Assembly: GCF_018977255.1 (NCBI RefSeq)
Contig: NW_024704743.1
Coordinates: forward strand, 34,102,001 to 34,166,000
Length of the DNA: 64,000 nucleotides
Direction of reading: 5' to 3'
DNA from: Callorhinchus milii
Lineage: Eukaryota
Made by a program: the position numbers and the translations under genes. A model generated the notes under the pieces. It was not told the origin of the DNA. It saw nothing but the letters and a program-made list of their open reading frames with translations, and made no database searches. This document shows, in pieces, positions 50,420 to 64,000 of the stretch; the first letter of the stretch is position 1; each line of letters opens with the position of its first letter.

Positions 50420-51360
50420 AGGTGGAAGGAAACTAAGAGTCCTAAAAGAGAGTTTAGGAGGAACTTGTTTGCGCAGAGGGTGGTGGGAATGTGGAACTCA
50501 CTGCTACCAGCTGTGGCTGAAGTAAATAGCATCAATGTATTTAAGAGGAAATTTGATGCGTACTTTAGGGAAAAGGGAATGGAGGGGTGTATGGGAGAGG
50601 ATTAGGAGAGATGAGGGTTTGTGTGGAGTATAAACACTGGCATGGACTAGTTGTGCTGAACAGGCTGTTTCCAATGCAGTAGACTCTATGTTATTCCATG
50701 TAACTACATGAATGTTTCCATGGAGATAATTGTAGGATTTGTATAAAAACAGCTTCTGTAGAGTAGAATAAGGGGCTGATAGATCCACACATAACAGAGA
50801 ATGGATTATTATAAAAATAAATTGATGTTGAATTTATATAAAACTTGTTAGACTACATTTGGAGTACAGTGCCCAATTCTGGTCACGACACTATAAGAAG
50901 GATATAGTTGCAATGGCAAGAGTACAAGGGCTGGAAGGTTATTGCTTTCAGGATATATTAGGGCTTTTTCACTAGAGAAGAGGGTAACTTGATACAAGTG
51001 TTTAAAATCAGAAACAGTTTCGATAAGGTCAATATAAATAGGCTGTTTCCACTGGTTGGAGAGTCCGTAACCAGGGGTCACAAATATAAGATAGTGACTA
51101 GGAGGATCGAAAAGAGAACTTAGGAGGAACTACTTTACGCAGAGGGTGGTGAGATTGTGGAACTCGTACAAGTGAAGCGGTGATTGAATCAGATAGTATA
51201 AATACATTCAAGAGTAAGCTAGACCCTCACATGAGGGAGAGGGCAATAGAAGGATATGGGAGGAAGTAAGGAATAAGTGAAGACTTGTGTTGAGTATCAA
51301 CACCGGCACGGACTGTTTGCACCGAGCGGCCTGTTTCCGTGCTGTACATTCCTTGTAACT
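50420..51360 (+). mobile_element. Two adjacent CR1-type LINE 3' fragments (about 50420-50700 and 50850-51360)
   Basis: Encodes EFRRNLFAQRVVGMWNSLL...FKRKFD and HLEYSAQFWS...RRNYFTQRVVRLWNS. Both end in gagtataaacac.ggca.ggact...ggcctgtttcc-type CR1 tails. Confidence 0.8.
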
Positions 51361-54300
51361 AATTCTTACATTTAATGCAATGCCTTTCATGACAGGAGGA
51401 CAGGATATAATGTAAAGTGCAGTGGCTGTATGTGTTTTGTGGATGAATGCAGCAGCCAATTTGCACAAAGCAATATCCCACAAACAGCCATGGAGTGAAT
51501 GACCAATTTTGTTTGGGGGATGGCTGTCCAGGACGCAGGGAGAAACTCTCTTCTCTTTTCAAATAGAAGGGTGAGAAGGAGTGGGTGAAGACTCATGTGG
51601 AGTATAAATACCTGCACAGACTAGTTGCTATAAATTCCATTAAATCATTGATATCAGAGGTTTTCGTTCTTTTTGGGTGTGAGAGGGGTGGGGGAGAGAG
51701 CATAGTAGTCAATGAAGAGAAAAGATAAGAGTTGGGATGAAAGAATACATTCTACGAATGAATATACAGTAGAATTATATGTTAAGTTTTATTGCAGAAA
51801 TTTATTTGATAAATTCATTTGAAGATGTTTCTAAGGACATTTTAAACTTTTCTCCATCAAGTAAGTTTCAGTGTGAGAGCCCTCTCTGGTCCAAAAGGAG
51901 GCAGACAATTCACTACAGTACAAAACTTTGCACCTCACCCCCCATCACCCATTTTAAAAGTGAACAGCAACAACTTTGGAAACCATTTAAGAAGGAATAG
52001 TGTGAGTGACAAGTACGGGCAAGAAGGTTCCAGCAGGAGGCAGAACGAGTGCGAGTTGGAGAGGAGGGGGAACAAATGTGAGTAGGAAGGGAGGGGGAAC
52101 AAGTTTGAGTGAGAGGGGTAGGGAGGGAGAGTATGTAATGAGTGAGTGTGCTAGTGGGAGGTTTAAAAGAGCTAAAACAGAAGAGAGTGAGTTTCACACC
52201 CAAGGAAGGTGGAACAAAACCGACAGGAAGACGGGCTAGGGACAGAAAAAGAGTGGGGAAGGGTGGGGGGGAGCAGAAACAGGAAGCGAGGAGAGAAAGG
52301 CAGAAATAGGCAAGACTCATTCATAAAGAAAGTATATTTACACTCACTGCCAACAGCTCGCTACAAGAGACTTCCTCCCTACAGCTTGTCCTGGGGTGGG
52401 ACATTTTGCTTCACCAGTACTGTATAAATGAAGAGCTCTTTGTAAAATAAAAACAATTCAACATTTGAAGGTTTTTTTAAAGTGATTTTTCTAGGACACA
52501 ACTAAAGTCTGAACAGACTTTCATAGGGCCTGTAAAATGCAAGTCAGAAATGCGGCTGCGTTTACTGCATTGTCAAAGTTAAAACAAAGATTAATGAATG
52601 CCAAACTATACATCTGCTTTAAGCTGCACCAACTCTGGCGAAATAATTGTGCTTCTGAGTACACAGAGCCTCTAGTATATTCATTCTGAGAGTAAACCCA
52701 GATCTTAAATATCCTTGTTCGGGGTCTCAGCAAGTAAACATAAAACTTTTGAAAGCAGTTTCAGAGGATGCAATGCAACAATAACAACAGCTTGTTATGC
52801 AGGATAGCGCCCCAGAGTGCTTATGCATGCAACATGCTCCTTTTTGTTTAAAATGTAATTAATTTGTCAATTTAGATTAAGACTGCAAAGGGATTTTTTT
52901 GAATTCACTGGGAGGACACAGTCTTAAACACAAAAAGAAAGGCAAAGGCAGCATCACAACTCACTCTTCCATCGCTAGTGTATCAGAAGAGGAAAGATTA
53001 ACAATTGGAATTCTTTAAAGAAGTAAACAGTAAAATGAATGCCTGAATTTACACTGCCTCATATAGTTTCAAAGCAAGATTACTTCAGGGGAGGCACTTA
53101 AAGGTGACCTGTTCAGGATATTTAAACTCTCGCTATGAAAGGCAATTGGTACAATAGACACCAGGAAACATTTGTTACAGAGGATACTTAATGACTGGAA
53201 CCGGTTGCCAGGAAGGATGATTGACGTCAGGACACGGGACTAATTTAATAAATATTGAATGCTGTAATGAGAAGACAGTAGGTGGGCATTCTGAAGGGAT
53301 GAGATCAAACAGACTAGAGGGCTTTCTTCAGTCAAACTTTTCCTGCTATCTTGAGCAAAGTAAAGCTTCTTTGACTCTTGTCAGGTCAGGTAGCAGACTG
53401 TTATATCTGTTATATGTTATATTTCAGAGCCTTTATTGACACAGTGCACAAAGGTCCTGTGCTGCCTCTTTAATTAACCACATAGTATGGCATTCTGTAT
53501 GCTGTATGGCACTCGGTTAACTACAGTTGGGCCAGTTATAACATGTTTGGGTATGGTGTACGTCTATTTATAGTACACTGTAAACTTTGACTGGCTGGTC
53601 CCCTGCGCCGCTGGAAATGCTCGCGAGACCAATTGTTGGCTTCCTGCCCCACAGGTGTAACACTGAGAAAGAGACGTCAGCAGTGACCTGATAACCCAGA
53701 AGTGCTGACCTGACAGCCATTTTTACACACATCCCATTTGTCTTGATTTGATGGATCCAAACCACCATGTTAAACCAGGGTCTGAGACTACTTGGCCTAA
53801 TAGCAAGACTTACATGGTTACAAGAATTAGCATTTCTTCAAAAGAATGAGGTGCTCACATTTTAACTGCGGTTGCAGTAAAACAAGGTGGTGCTATGACA
53901 GAAGTCACTTCTGGCTGAAAGATCTTGGTTGGGCCTCAATTTGACTCTGAGCATTTTGTTTTTGCAATGCAATGCAGTGAGTAAAAAAGACACATTTTAA
54001 TTTTGTGCATTTATCTTGCTGATTTTTTCTAAATCCAAAGTCATTTGCTGCCTCACACATCACAGCCACATTTTTTTTGTCAGCCAAGTGCCAGGCACAT
54101 CAGAAACCCATCACCATGCTTGACCCAGACTGAGAGTACCACAAATGTACGAAATGAACACATGGAAATTTCCCTGAATGTGAAATGGAATGTGCACTCC
54201 CTCCCTGGGTGGACACACCCTGCTTTACAAATTCCAGAGCGTATCACGCTGATGAGCAAAAAGTCTATGTTGAATTGGAGATGCTGAATGTGATCGCTAC

Positions 54301-57260
54301 AGAGAGTTAATATTTACCAGCAAGTCACTGCGAGCTGATGTTACATAAATGAGAAAAAGAAAACGTGTGGAGAGATAAGTTTGAACAAAATAAAACAAAA
54401 TCTTGCTCTCTGTGGGTTAATGTTTCCAGCATGCTATCAAGCCACCAGGGGGCTCAGTTCTGCCGATGGACTTTAAAAATGGAAAGAAGTAGCCAGGCAG
54501 GGGAATTTTCCTTTTCCTTCCAACTATATTTTCTGGGATTCAAAGTTCATGGAGCTGGCAAACCGCAGAGGTTTGCATTTCATCCGATTGACAAATTTGG
54601 CGGAATCAATAGAAACATTTAAAAACAGAGATAGCCATCAACAAGCATTTATACCCAAAATAATGTCTTGGAGCGCTGGTACTTGGATAGTAGAGGTATT
54701 AAGGGATATGGCTAAAGAACAGGGCATTGGGATTAAAAGATCTGCCAAGACTCAATGGCCTCCAGTTCCTGTTTTCCTATGTTCTTAAGTTGAACCATCT
54801 AACCAGGCCTGGATTAGGTCTCCTCAATTCTACCATCCAAGAAAATTGCAGCTTATCCAAAACTCAGCCGCCCGCATCCTCACCCACATCAAACTTTGGA
54901 CACCATCACCTTAGCACCTTCCTATCGCTGTGATCTTCTCTTATGTCACTCTTTGCTTGCCCCTCCCCTCAAATAACTTGTGCCTGCTGTGCATGGTACC
55001 ATCAGCGGACAAACCTTCATTTGATACACCCCTAGCCTCTGAAATGCCCTCCCTATACCACTCTATCTCTCCCCCACATGTCTTTAAATCCTCTTAACCT
55101 CTTTGACCACACCTATGGTCACTCCCCCTCCTCCACCCTTTTCCTTCGCTCAGTGCCCAATCCTGTCATTGTGAAGCACATTATCCTACATGAATTGTAC
55201 AATATAACTCTAGGGGTCCTGGGAAAGTGCAGGTATATGGGCCTGAAACGTTTGCTCTTAAAAGAGCCAGCACAGACACAGTGGGCTGAATGGCCTTCTT
55301 CTGTGCTGTAAATTTCTATGGTTTTATAAATGCAAGTTATTGTTGTTGTCTGCCCTGGTAGACAATTTTGCCTCGCCTTAGTGGAACATGGCGCTCCAAT
55401 TTAACAATTGTCTATAGTTCTGGAGACAAATCCTGTGAACCTTTTCAGTTTTAATTTTTTCACATGATACTGCTTTTCAACTATTTTTGTGAGTTGTGCT
55501 GACAAGAATCCTCCTCTAAAGGAACGACGATGAAAGCGTTTTGGAAATTGTACAAAAAGCAATCCGAATGGAATGAGAAGAATACACAGAGGCATGCAAA
55601 CGCCAGCTGCAAACCAAAAATCTGTTTTCCAATAATTCAAGTAAGTGTTACGTGGTGAGAAGTCATCCGTGGTGGGAATGCAGGAATCAATCAGGGATCC
55701 AGTAACAATTAGTACCCTCAGCCTGTGACAACCTTGTTCCTGTTTTACAGTACAGTGCAAATAAAATGCAAGGTGGGGGGTGGGGGGAATCCAAAATCCA
55801 CTTTCTTCCATTCCTGTTGCGCATCTTGTTCTCCCTGTATGTAACTGGAGCTAATGTGGCATAAACATAGTACCACTGATTCCCCTGCAGTTTGCAAAAC
55901 AGAAGCAACCGAAGCTGAACGGCAATGCCAAGCAATGGCGCAGCATTTTGCAAATCTGTGAGACAAACAGAGGCAGAGCTGACCACAAGCATTAAGATCA
56001 TACATACAAATAAAAATATTTGGAACAATAAGAATGCTTGCATTTTGATATAGCCCCTTTCCGTCAGGAAGAACTCTCAAAGCTCTTCAAAGGAAATACA
56101 CAGCAAAATGTAGTGATTGTATATTCTGTAGGCAAAACTGGCTCCCAAATTCCCACAAACAGCCATGAAGTAAGTGAATGACCAACTTTATTTAAATGCA
56201 ACAAAGTTATAAAAAAAGCATCAAAGATTTGAGACCCAATTTTGATTAGAACTGTAAGCACAGGACAAGGGTATCTCACAAGCTTAAAAATGCAAAGGAG
56301 TTTTAAAAGTCTACTCATTGACCAAACAGTAAACAAAAACTTAACTATCCCCGCAAATTTAGTCAAAAATGCACTTTAAAGTTGTTTTTTTGTGGGCGTT
56401 ACTTTCCATAGTTCAATTCACTTTAAGTATGCAAAAATCTCAAAAGGCTCCTGACAGAGAGAGGGAGAGAGGGAGAGACAGGAATGGAGAGAGTTGATAC
56501 TACAGTTTTCATGTCTGGGCATAAACTGCTTTCTCCCCTGAAAATAAGTACAGGAGTATCCTCGGCCCATATCATCATCAGACCTGAAATATTCCGGATG
56601 ATGTTCAAGAAATACCATGACACAAATATAGTAAATACCTGATAACCCGTTACTCTAAGGGAAAAGGGCTCAGTGACAAGTTCAGGAGTGTCGAGTTAGG
56701 CACATGTATAAATAAATAAATCAATGCGGTCGGGATATTGACAGTACGATGACTTAAGTGGTAGTGACAAATTAAGCCAGAGCCGAATTATCAGGAGTAA
56801 ACTGTATATCAGAGATTAAAAGAGAAGATTGGGAAGGAATATAAAATGAACTCTTTTTTTTAAAAAAAAAGGTCAATTGGAACATAGAAATAGTTCTGGA
56901 ATCGGCCGCAGTAAAGTGAGGAGTGATAATAGAATTGTTGGTGTGGCTACAATCAAAAATCATTGAGGCTAAATCAAAACAGAGTAAAAGGGAGGAGGAG
57001 GCTAATGTAGGCTAAAGTAAGGATGTAAAGATAGGTACTTGGTATAAGCAGAAAGCTTTAAAATATACAAGGTGCCTTGCAGACAAGCAATTGAGTCAGT
57101 TATAAAGATCAGCAATACCAAGTTTCCCTGAAATCAAGACCACTGTGAATATCCCAGATAGACAAAGCACAGACAGTCTGACAAAGCACAGACAGAAACA
57201 GCACAGACAGACTTACAGACAAAGCACAGAGAGACAGACAGACAAAGTACAGACAGAAAC

Positions 57261-58015
57261 AACGCAACAACAAAATGACATTTGTATAGCGCCTTTCAGG
57301 TCGGGAGGACGTCCCAAGGCGCTGGACAGACAGAGTTACGGACCCGAGCTAAGGGTCGGGGTGGGGGAGGAGGGAGGGCAGGGGGGAAAGCAGGGAGATC
57401 AAAAGCACGGTCGAAGAGGAGGATCTTGAGGTGGATCTTGAAGGTGGCGAGGGAGGGGGCGAGACCGAGGGACTGAGAGATGGAGTTCCAGAGGGTGGGG
57501 GCAGAGTGGCGGAAGGCCCGCCCGCCAATAGTGGGGCGAGCGAGGCGGGGGACATGAAGCAGGCCAGAGCCCGCTGAGCGGAGGGAATGAATAGGGTGGT
57601 AGGGGGTTAAGAGGTCAGAGAGGTAGGGGGGAGCAAGACCATGGAGTGCTTTGAAGGTGAGGTCCAGGATCTTGAATTCTATCCTCTGTGTGATGGGAAG
57701 CCAGTGGAGTTGGGCAAGGATGGGGGTGATAGGGTCGCGGAGCCTAGCGTAGGAGAGGACATGAGCTGCAGAGTTCTGGATGATCTGCAGTCTGTGGAGG
57801 GAGGAGTTGGGGAGAGCGACAAGCAGTGAGTTTACATAGTCGAGCCTCGATGTAATGAAAGTGTGTATGAGGGTTTCGGTGGCCTGTGGTGTGAGACAGT
57901 GTTGGAGCCGGGCAACGTTGCAGAAGTGGGGAAGGCAGAGCAGCTCATGGCACAGATGTGGGGCAGAAAGGATAGTTGAGGGTCAAATAAGACCCCAAGG
58001 TTCCGGACTGACTTA
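57261..58015 (-). mobile_element. Young, CpG-rich, 5'-truncated L2 LINE 3' segment inserted in a GACA satellite
   Basis: Encodes [19 protein letters not shown]...ITSRLDY...LQIIQNSAAHVLS...PILAQLHWLP, then a 3' stem-loop and a tgtcattttgttgttg tail. Confidence 0.9.
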
Positions 58016-58938
58016 ACACAGACAGACAGACAGACAGACAAAGCACAGACAGACAGACAGACAGACACAAAGCACAGTCAGACAGACAGACAAAGCACAG
58101 ACAGACAGAGAGACAGACACAAAGCACAGTCAGACAGACAGACAAAGCACAGACAGACAGACAGACAAAGGACAGACAGACAGACACAAAGCACAGACAG
58201 ACAGACAAACAAAGCACAGACAGACAGACAAACAAAGCACAGACAGACAAAGCACAGGCAAAGCACAGACAGACAGACAAAACACAGACAGACAGACAGA
58301 CAGACAGACAGATAAAGCACAGACAGACACGCAGACAGACAGACAGCCACACACACAGACAGACATACACAAAGGACAGACAGACAAAGCACAGACAGAC
58401 AAAGCACAGACAGACAAAGCACAGACAGACAAAGCACAGACAGACAAAGCACAGACAGACAAAGCACAGACAGACACACAGACAGACAGACAAAGCACAG
58501 ACAGACAAAGCACAGACAGACACACAGACAGACAGCCACACACACAGACAGAAAGACACACACAGACAGACAGACATACACAAAGCACAGACAGAGCACA
58601 GACAGACAGAGCACAGACAGACAGACAGAGCACAGACAGACAGACAGACAGAGCACAGACAGACAGACAGACAGACAGAGCACAGACAGACAGACACACA
58701 CACACACACACACACAAAGCACAGACAGACAGACATCAAAATCAGTAACACCAGGTTTCAAGCAAAGCCAAATGACACCCTGGACACAAGACCAATGTGA
58801 AAATCTCAGACAGCCAAAGGGTTTCAAATACACTGGCAGACAGGGACAGACAAATAGACAGACAGATGAAACACATACAGGCAGAACACAGACAGATAGA
58901 GACAAAGCACAGGCAGACAGACAAAGCACAGACACAGT
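58016..58938. repeat. Compound (GACA)n / AAAGCACAGACAGAC satellite, with the same motif at 57157-57258
   Basis: Directly visible tandem array, including a run of 15-nt aaagcacagacagac units at about 58386-58455. Confidence 0.95.
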
Positions 58939-61900
58939 CACAAATTACTCTATTTATTCATTTTAATACTAAATTAGTGAGTGGCTGGAATTTGAGGACA
59001 AAGAGATAGTAGAATTACTTGTAACTTCTCATTCATCTTCACTGAGGACTTGGAATGAATATTGCCAAATCTGAAAACTACAGCGTGTTGGTCAGCATCC
59101 GAAAAGAACAAGATCAATTTAAGATCTGATTTGTTTCTCACAGATGCTGCAATGGGAAGTTAGAAACTGTAGCAGCCGTGCACCAGTCACCTGGACACAC
59201 AAGTGATGTGGAAGAGAGCGACTAAGTGCATGGAGTGAGTGTAAATCTTGTGGGCGCGAAATGAACCCTAAGATATATTTTCACAGCAAACATGACAAAA
59301 AAAAAGTTCTGAAATACAAGTCCATGACCAGACTTAAAAGCATAAACAATTTTTGCCCAAAGATCCTGGGAAAAATGTTAAGAATGCTTGGCTGAGAATA
59401 TGCGTTCTCACCATAAATCTAATAAAGAGCAGATTCCAAACAATTGAGTGTTGAATCCTGCAGGAGGATTCAGTACTTTAAATGAAATATTAGAATCAGG
59501 AGAAATCTGTTTATTTCCCCATTGACAATCAGAGCACAGAGTCAACAACAAGATCAAGACCAAAACCGATCTCAGCGTTCCTACACCAGCCTCAAAGTAA
59601 CACAAAGTCACAAGTAACACTGTAGCATAAACTTCCAGTTCTTGTGCAACAAATGTTTACTTTGTCCAAAACAAAAAGTAATTGAATGTACCGTTTTTAC
59701 CCTTTTCTCTTTCAATAAATTCTATGCAGATGTCTTTTCTAGACTATGTGGACAGATGGGAAGTTTTGTACATGCTGTAATATACTGTACATTCTTTTCT
59801 GCAAAGCTCACTGGATAAATATTTAGTCATTTGTTTAACATTTTTGTGGTTGCTTTTATTCCTCTCTCTTTCTCCCTCTCCAATGAAACACAAAACTACT
59901 CCAATTTAGCTCAGGCATTAAGACATTGAAAGCAAAACGTTAGAAGTGGCAAGACATCATTGGCACACTGCCACGTGAAGGCTTCTCCCTCCCCACCTCC
60001 CAGCCTACAAATACACAGTCACTACACTTCAGTTTTTATAGTAGTTTTATAGCTGTATATTTAAAGCTGTATTTTAAAGCGCTCTGAGACGCCGTCCGGC
60101 GTGGTGGGCGCTATATAAATCCAAGTTGTTGCTGTAGTTCATAGTAAAAAAACTGCAAAGTGCTTTGAGACTTCAACAATGTGATAAAACACTTTATTAA
60201 ACGCAAAAAATTATTATTAAGTCGAAGATACAACAATTTCTTTCTGTTTATTACAACATTAGTCACATGTCACTGTCGAGATTGTTTTGCACAGATTCAC
60301 ATGACTTGAAAGGCAGACACTTCAATACAGATCTTTACCATCTCCCCTTTCAAAGTTGCGCTACACAGTTTCAACTCACACAAAACATCTACCTAAAGCA
60401 TAATAAGAAATTTACAAAGTAACGCTTGACAAATATACTGATCCACATATTTCTTCAGTATATTATTATACTGCAATATTCAGTATCATACATTTTAGTA
60501 AATATCCTGCTTCACGTCTCAAAGCAATAAGGCTTGCATCCTGGAATTAATCTGAAGTGGATTTGCCTCTGAAGTAAATCAACCTACATAAACAGAATTA
60601 AAACTACCACCATGGTACAGTAAGGAATTAAAGCAAGCCTCTCCTGCTGCACAATGAGTCTGGAGACAGTGCCAGATTAATGTTTCTTTGGAGTATCCAG
60701 CCCAGGATGCTATGGCAGTTCTTGTGTAATTAAGATACTAGCCAGTTTACACAAGCTCTGTTGCCATCTACACACTGCATTCGTCAGTCTGGAGCTATGT
60801 GCAGTCAGGAGTATGCAGAAAAAGGCAGTCCCTTCCTCTAGGAAGAAAAGAGTTGAATAAAGTGGCTTTCCATAGTATTGCACAAGGTCAGAAAAGACGA
60901 TTGTGGTCCATTTAGTCTCTCCCAAAGTAATATTAAATAATTCTACATCTCTCTCCCCTCATTTCTCAAATGATTGAATGTACCAAATAACTATCTAATT
61001 CTTTCGAGACACAATGTGCCTCCACTGCCTTACTGGCTAGTCTTCCACATATTCGCCATTCCACTGGTAAAGGAATTAAACACGAACTATCCATTTACCG
61101 TCCCTCTGATGACCATGTTAAACATATTATGAGGGTTCAGTTTATCTGTATCCTTTACCACCATGAATAATTGAATAAGATTCCTCCTGAACCCAACTTC
61201 CGGCTTTGCTACAAGTGATTTTGTGTTTTGAAGGATCAGTAAAACCTTTTATTTAAAAAAAATGCCAGATCAATAATTGTACGTCGACCCTTATTGGGTG
61301 TAAAAGTTTAATGGAGAGGATATCATTACCTTCCAACTCAGCATTCAATGGCACCCACAGCAAATGCGATTATCACTGATAATAGTTTGGCAGCAGCAAT
61401 GATTTTCCTAGAATATTTCTCCTAATCCAGCAGGAAGCTGGGATGCTGCCGCTGGCTGCACTGGGTTTGTGCTTATGCCAATTGCTGAAATGCCATCAAC
61501 TCTCGGGATGATTGCAATAAAAACAAATTACATTTGTATAGCGCCTTTCATGTCAGGAAGACATCCCAAGGTCCTGGACAGTCAGGGATCCGCACCCGAG
61601 CTGGTGGTTGGGATCAGGACCGATGGAGGGTAGGGTTAGGTGGGTGACCAAAGGCATGGTTGTTTTTTCTTGAACTGCCCCCATCTTGCCTCATTGAGAC
61701 TAGTGAGCATTGTGAAATGAAATAAATCCAGAAAATCCTGGATACATACAATCCTTTCCTCTTCAGCTTGCACAAATCACTTAAGTCCCCAGGACATTCT
61801 ATGAGTAAGCTTTGCTGGAGAAATCCACTGGAGTGACTTCCCTTTAATGGCCTGTGATGCAACAGGTGATGAATGACAAAGGTCCACGTGATTTCTTTTC

Positions 61901-62199
61901 TCCATCTTTCCTTCAATGAGTGAAGGCAAAGCCAGTGATGACCAGAGACCTCTGCAAGACTATCACAGTACTGCAGCAAGCGAGCAGGAAGGAAGAATAA
62001 GCTACACACTTTTTTTGAGAAATAAAAATATAAATAATGCACGGAGGACTCACAGAGAAGAATAAAGAGCATGGAAATGAATGAACCACAAAGAGAAATC
62101 GCAAACGATATACTCCAGAAAATGACAATACAAAATGACATATAGCGCCGTACACGTCGGGAAGATGTCCCACGGCGCTGGGGTGGGCTCAATTCTGAC

Positions 62200-62962
62200 C
62201 CCAACCAGTGACCACCGCTAACCTGAGGCAAAAAGAAAGGTCAGGGTAAATCTGTCTTTACGCAGTGCATGGGAACTCGGGGAAATCATGTAGGGGACAT
62301 TTCCACCTACCCAGCCCCTTCCCCAGCACAGCAAAACATGTCAGGGTGATCCCGAGACTCTTGGCGGAGGGGGGGGAGATAGGCAGGATCGTCTTGGAGA
62401 TAAGGTGACATGTTTGGCAACAGAATGTCACAATTGAGCCCACCCTCTGTGACTGTCTCTGAAGCCAAGTTCCTGAGCCAGGCGGGTCCACAGTACTCCA
62501 CGGCACTGCTGTTAACAGCACAGTCAACCTGGCTCACTGGGGCAGGAATTCTTCTGTTAACCCTGCAAGCCCAAGCCCTAACAGGCCTAGGTGGACAAGC
62601 AACCGGAAAGCTTGCCAGGCAAGTGCTCTCAATGGCAAGCTATACAATTTTCGCTGGTTAGTACCCCAAAAGACATTCTGGGTCCCCAAGCCTTCGCTGC
62701 TGCCAACCTGCGCCTAATACTTTCCGGAGTTAGGTAAGCATGCTGCGTCCCTCCAGGGAGAGAGTGCACATTTTATTTCCAATAAATATCCGTGGAATTT
62801 CCTCATGGAAATTGATTGATTTGGATACTTTTAGCCATCATTCATGCTTAAAAGTATCCAAATCAAACTCACTATTGGTGAATTTGATTTGGATACGTTT
62901 AAAGCATGATGGTGGGTTTCTGCAAGAGTCAGACACCTGGCTGAACCCCCACCAAAAAAAGA
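62200..62962 (+). mobile_element. Third, more diverged copy of the unclassified CCHC-type LINE 3' end, ending in a hairpin and A-rich tail
   Basis: Reverse-complement similarity to 1917-2870 (FLSQAGPQYSTALLLTAQ; ccctccagggagagagtgcaca). Ends gtcagacacctggctgaacccccaccaaaaaaagaaaa. Confidence 0.6.
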
Positions 62963-64000
62963 AAATATTCCAACAATAGCTTGTGCTTCGAACCCCTCTG
63001 CCCCCACAAAATATATTATATTTATCTTTCAGATACAGATCGACTTGTCCAACACTCACATTTTTTTCTTGTAACACTGATACTGCAGCCTTGTTCTTCC
63101 AACTGAGAAGAGCTGTTCTGTAGTTATGGTACAGATACTCTCATGTGGATTCTTGCAAGTTAAATAATGCATTCAATTAAAACATGGAACGGCTATTCTT
63201 TACTGTAGGTAGTGCAATGCATTCGTGGAATCAGTAACCATACTCAGAGGCTTTGCAAACATACCAAAGGGCTTTGCTAGTTCCTAAGAAAAGAAGCAGA
63301 CTTGTAGCTACAGGTGGTAATTTAACCATAAATTAACTTCAGATCCAAACATATTCCAGATGCAACTTATGTTCGAGGCAAACAAGCCGCTGTAAATGTA
63401 GTCTGCAGATGTTTGCTAACGCACAACATCTTTGAACATTGAGCACAGTCCCTCTCAAGACATATCCACATTACCACATTGTCGAAAGCTCATCCACGAT
63501 ATCTCTGTTCTCCCCTGTGGATCCCCTTGGTCACATCCCACATGACATTCCCAAGCCCAAGCAGGTCGTCAGTTAACCTGCTCTCAGGGCTGTCTTATTA
63601 GGAGCTGGGTGCATGCTATCGAGATCGGGAAGCCATTGGGCAACCAGACCTATCCCATCCAACCATTCCAGGGATGTCATTTACATCTGCTTCTGTGCTT
63701 TTGTGTGAAAAGATACCAAATGTTTGCGGGAATGTTATGTAATTCAAGCTGTTGAAATCCACACTTCATGGCATATGGCTGTTTGCCGAGATCAGCAAGT
63801 CAAGTATTTTGGTGCAATCTCACAGGACATGTTTGACCACGGCAGTCACAAGCTGATCAGCACAGGTTTCATTAACAAGTTAAAAACAATGATTTCTGGG
63901 TTTTCCACAGGAATCCTTCATCTGGTTCTAATCACTGCCGCTGGAGCAGGAGAAATTTTCCTGTGAAAACCACTACATTCTAGGAAACTTAACACTGCTC

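Noticed and set aside
57945..58941. Long Cys/Val/Leu/Ser-rich ORFs (195-287 aa) on the minus strand
   Set aside because: Artefacts of translating the stop-free (TGTC)n satellite; open in all three frames.
61614..62231. 205-aa ORF
   Set aside because: Runs across an L2 end, unique sequence, a second L2 tail and a LINE fragment, with no recognisable domain or splice support.

Overview
Vertebrate genomic DNA, almost certainly from a cartilaginous fish. The repeat set (Deu-domain tRNA SINEs with a TATATCAAATGCAAGG(ATT)n tail, L2 and CR1 LINE relics) suggests a chimaera such as Callorhinchus, but the species is inferred. Two convergent genes are present. GMPR (GMP reductase, + strand) contributes its last three exons at 4613-4655, 7816-7975 and 10182-10362. 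ATXN1 (ataxin-1, - strand) has two coding exons, 28416-26605 and 18421-17891, giving 780 aa with an AXH domain, the RKRRWSAP motif and no polyQ, plus a 3' UTR of about 3.7 kb ending near 14225. Everything above about 28.6 kb is most simply ATXN1 5'-UTR intron filled with retroposon debris. No prokaryote-style system, CRISPR array or structural RNA gene is supported. The best lead is a self-contained 33-codon uORF just upstream of the ATXN1 start, whose peptide appears to align with a uORF at the same place in human ATXN1 (human sequence recalled from memory, must be checked). Other leads: the Alt-ATXN1 start codon is kept but its ORF closes early; the miR-19/101/130/144 seed set is present in the 3' UTR; there is an unclassified CCHC-type LINE family; and several local inverted duplications occur, including a perfect 71-bp pair 2.6 kb apart and a pre-miRNA-sized hairpin. 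Repeat boundaries are approximate and were read by eye.
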